From the sequence record PP886230.1: 64,000 bases of DNA; one strand, written 5' to 3'. The notes beneath the pieces are model-generated. The model did no database searches. It had not been told where the DNA came from and worked only from the letters and a program-made list of their open reading frames with translations. Position numbers and translations under genes: made by a program. The number at the start of each line of letters is the position of its first letter. The stretch's first letter is position 1. Below are positions 62,596 through 64,000 of the stretch, piece by piece.

Positions 62596-62599
62596 TATT

Positions 62600-62791
62600 A
62601 TGTTGATTTATCAAAGTGATAATATTCGTGTTATGCAGCATCCCTACTTACAAATCTTTGATGTGCAGCAGTATATGGAAGGTGATGACCCAAGAACCTA
62701 TGGTCGTAAGTATGATTACTTCACTGTAAAGCAGTGTAAAAATATTAACGAAGTACGACAATTAGTTCAAGAACTTCAAAACAAAGGTTGA
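62600..62791 (+). CDS. Small hypothetical protein
   Basis: TAAGGA RBS. Confidence 0.65.
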   Translation: MLIYQSDNIRVMQHPYLQIFDVQQYMEGDDPRTYGRKYDYFTVKQCKNINEVRQLVQELQNKG

Positions 62792-62817
62792 CTTCGGTCA
62801 GCCTTTTTTGTTATAAT
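62785..62817 (+). terminator. Intrinsic terminator overlapping the next sigma70 promoter
   Basis: AGGTTGAC-TTCG-GTCAGCCT-TTTTT; TTGACT in the stem with TATAAT 18 bp later. Confidence 0.75.
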
Positions 62818-62845
62818 TCTCTTAATAAATTAGAGGATTTTAATT

Positions 62846-63286
62846 ATGTATGTATATCGTTTTGAACTTAAATTTAGTTACATTGAACCTAACTTAGATC
62901 CTGCACGAACTGTAGGTCCGTTTGCACGGTATTCAACTAGATACAGTACTAAAAATGGATTTGACCGTTTGCTTATGACTACACCTTCTCAATTCCAACC
63001 TGAACCAACTGAGGATGGGATCTATTCAATCAAAAGTGGATGGGTATTTGGCTGTCAAAGTTTGAAAGATTTGTTCAGATTCTTCACTATGGACTTGGGT
63101 AAATTGCATCGTGCTGGGTTTGCTATATCTGTATATGAAGTTCCAGACCACCATGTAGACATTGGTCGTAATCAGGTTCAGTACTATTGCGGTAGTGCTA
63201 AATTAGTTCGTATCATGTCAGTTAAGGAAGCAAAGGATGAGTTCCGACAAAGTAAAAGAGAAACACATGAGGTAATATATGGATAA
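62846..63286 (+). CDS. Conserved phage hypothetical protein, weak ADP-ribosyltransferase-like pattern
   Basis: VYRFE...GPF...QPEPTEDG...FGCQS...GFAISVY...QVQY; GAGGA RBS. Confidence 0.6.
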   Translation: MYVYRFELKFSYIEPNLDPARTVGPFARYSTRYSTKNGFDRLLMTTPSQFQPEPTEDGIYSIKSGWVFGCQSLKDLFRFFTMDLGKLHRAGFAISVYEVPDHHVDIGRNQVQYYCGSAKLVRIMSVKEAKDEFRQSKRETHEVIYG

Positions 63287-63623
63287 AACTCAAATAGAAT
63301 TAAAGAAATTTGTTTCATTCTATTTTCCTGATGACCCACGTAATTCACAAAAAGATATTGAATATTATAATATCCTATCTAAACAGTTAATGAGAAAGTT
63401 TCAACAGTGTTTAACTATATTCAATACAGATGGAAGACGTAGATACCGAATCGTTTCAATGAATGATGAAAACGCAAATTTCTTTGATTACGATGTAGTT
63501 TTTAGAGCATATAATGATGATCGTATAAAATTAAATTATGATCAAATTATACTTGACCTGAATGTTATATGTGTTATAATCACTCACGTAGCCGAACTTA
63601 ATGGTTTTAAAGAATGGTATTGA
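63279..63623 (+). CDS. Hypothetical protein
   Basis: GAGGT RBS. Confidence 0.7.
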   Translation: MDKTQIELKKFVSFYFPDDPRNSQKDIEYYNILSKQLMRKFQQCLTIFNTDGRRRYRIVSMNDENANFFDYDVVFRAYNDDRIKLNYDQIILDLNVICVIITHVAELNGFKEWY

Positions 63624-63637
63624 ATAGAGGATAACAT

Positions 63638-63904
63638 ATGAAGCTTAAATTACAATATAATGGATTTACTTTACGTAATGATACTGAATTTATTAATCGT
63701 TCTCCTGGTGCTGAACTGTTTTTACGAGAGATGAACATTCCTTTCATCATTACTACAGTGGGCGACCGTGAAGTTCTACAATATGCAGAGCATCCGATTA
63801 TTGATGTTCCTTGGTACTCTGAGCATATGTACATGGATATGGCACGTCGCTACAACTGTAAGTTCGTAGTTGAAGGTGATAAAATTACAGTCGAATTTAA
63901 ATAA
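63638..63904 (+). CDS. Hypothetical protein
   Basis: GAGGA RBS. Confidence 0.7.
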   Translation: MKLKLQYNGFTLRNDTEFINRSPGAELFLREMNIPFIITTVGDREVLQYAEHPIIDVPWYSEHMYMDMARRYNCKFVVEGDKITVEFK

Positions 63905-63917
63905 GGTAAATTAAAAA

Positions 63918-64000
63918 TGATCAGTACTTCAGTTAATGAAAGCATCGTCGCTGACGTAGAAATGGTTAAAGAATGTGCAGATGAAACTCTTCGTGATATG
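63918..64000 (+). CDS. Partial ORF truncated by the window end
   Basis: AAGGT RBS; MISTSVNESIVADVE... open to the edge. Confidence 0.5.

Overview
AT-rich (roughly one third GC, estimated by eye), gene-dense, almost entirely + strand segment of a lytic jumbo phage infecting Enterobacterales. Placement in the RaK2/GAP32/PBECO4-like, T4-distant group is inference from gene content, sigma70 promoters and a tRNA-Thr matching E. coli thrU. The left 13 kb is a core block: two likely head proteins, two-subunit type II topoisomerase, a large virion-type protein, a stand-alone 172-aa DnaE fragment, GroES, clamp loader and a HAD phosphatase. The rest is accessory/early DNA: two TelA-like paralogues, DexA-like exonuclease, NADAR-like protein, orphan C5 methyltransferase, 7 tRNA or tRNA-like genes, a sigma70-family factor, an Ntn-hydrolase, HNH and PD-(D/E)xK nucleases, and about 100 small hypothetical ORFs. 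Four signals are not explained by standard annotation. (1) About 23 otherwise dissimilar small proteins share one near-C-terminal motif, EExxFQxS(T/L)(V/I)xD. (2) The palindrome AGTACT occurs about 150 times by hand count versus about 22 expected, including inside promoters. (3) There are three long, highly base-paired non-coding regions (about 340, 265 and 450 nt) that look like unannotated structured RNAs. (4) There is a D-arm-less tRNA-Arg(UCU)-like gene and a five-member MTH(E/K)EW micro-protein family among the tRNAs. No searches or folding programs were run. Where I moved a start codon relative to the ORF track, it was chosen from RBS or overlap context.
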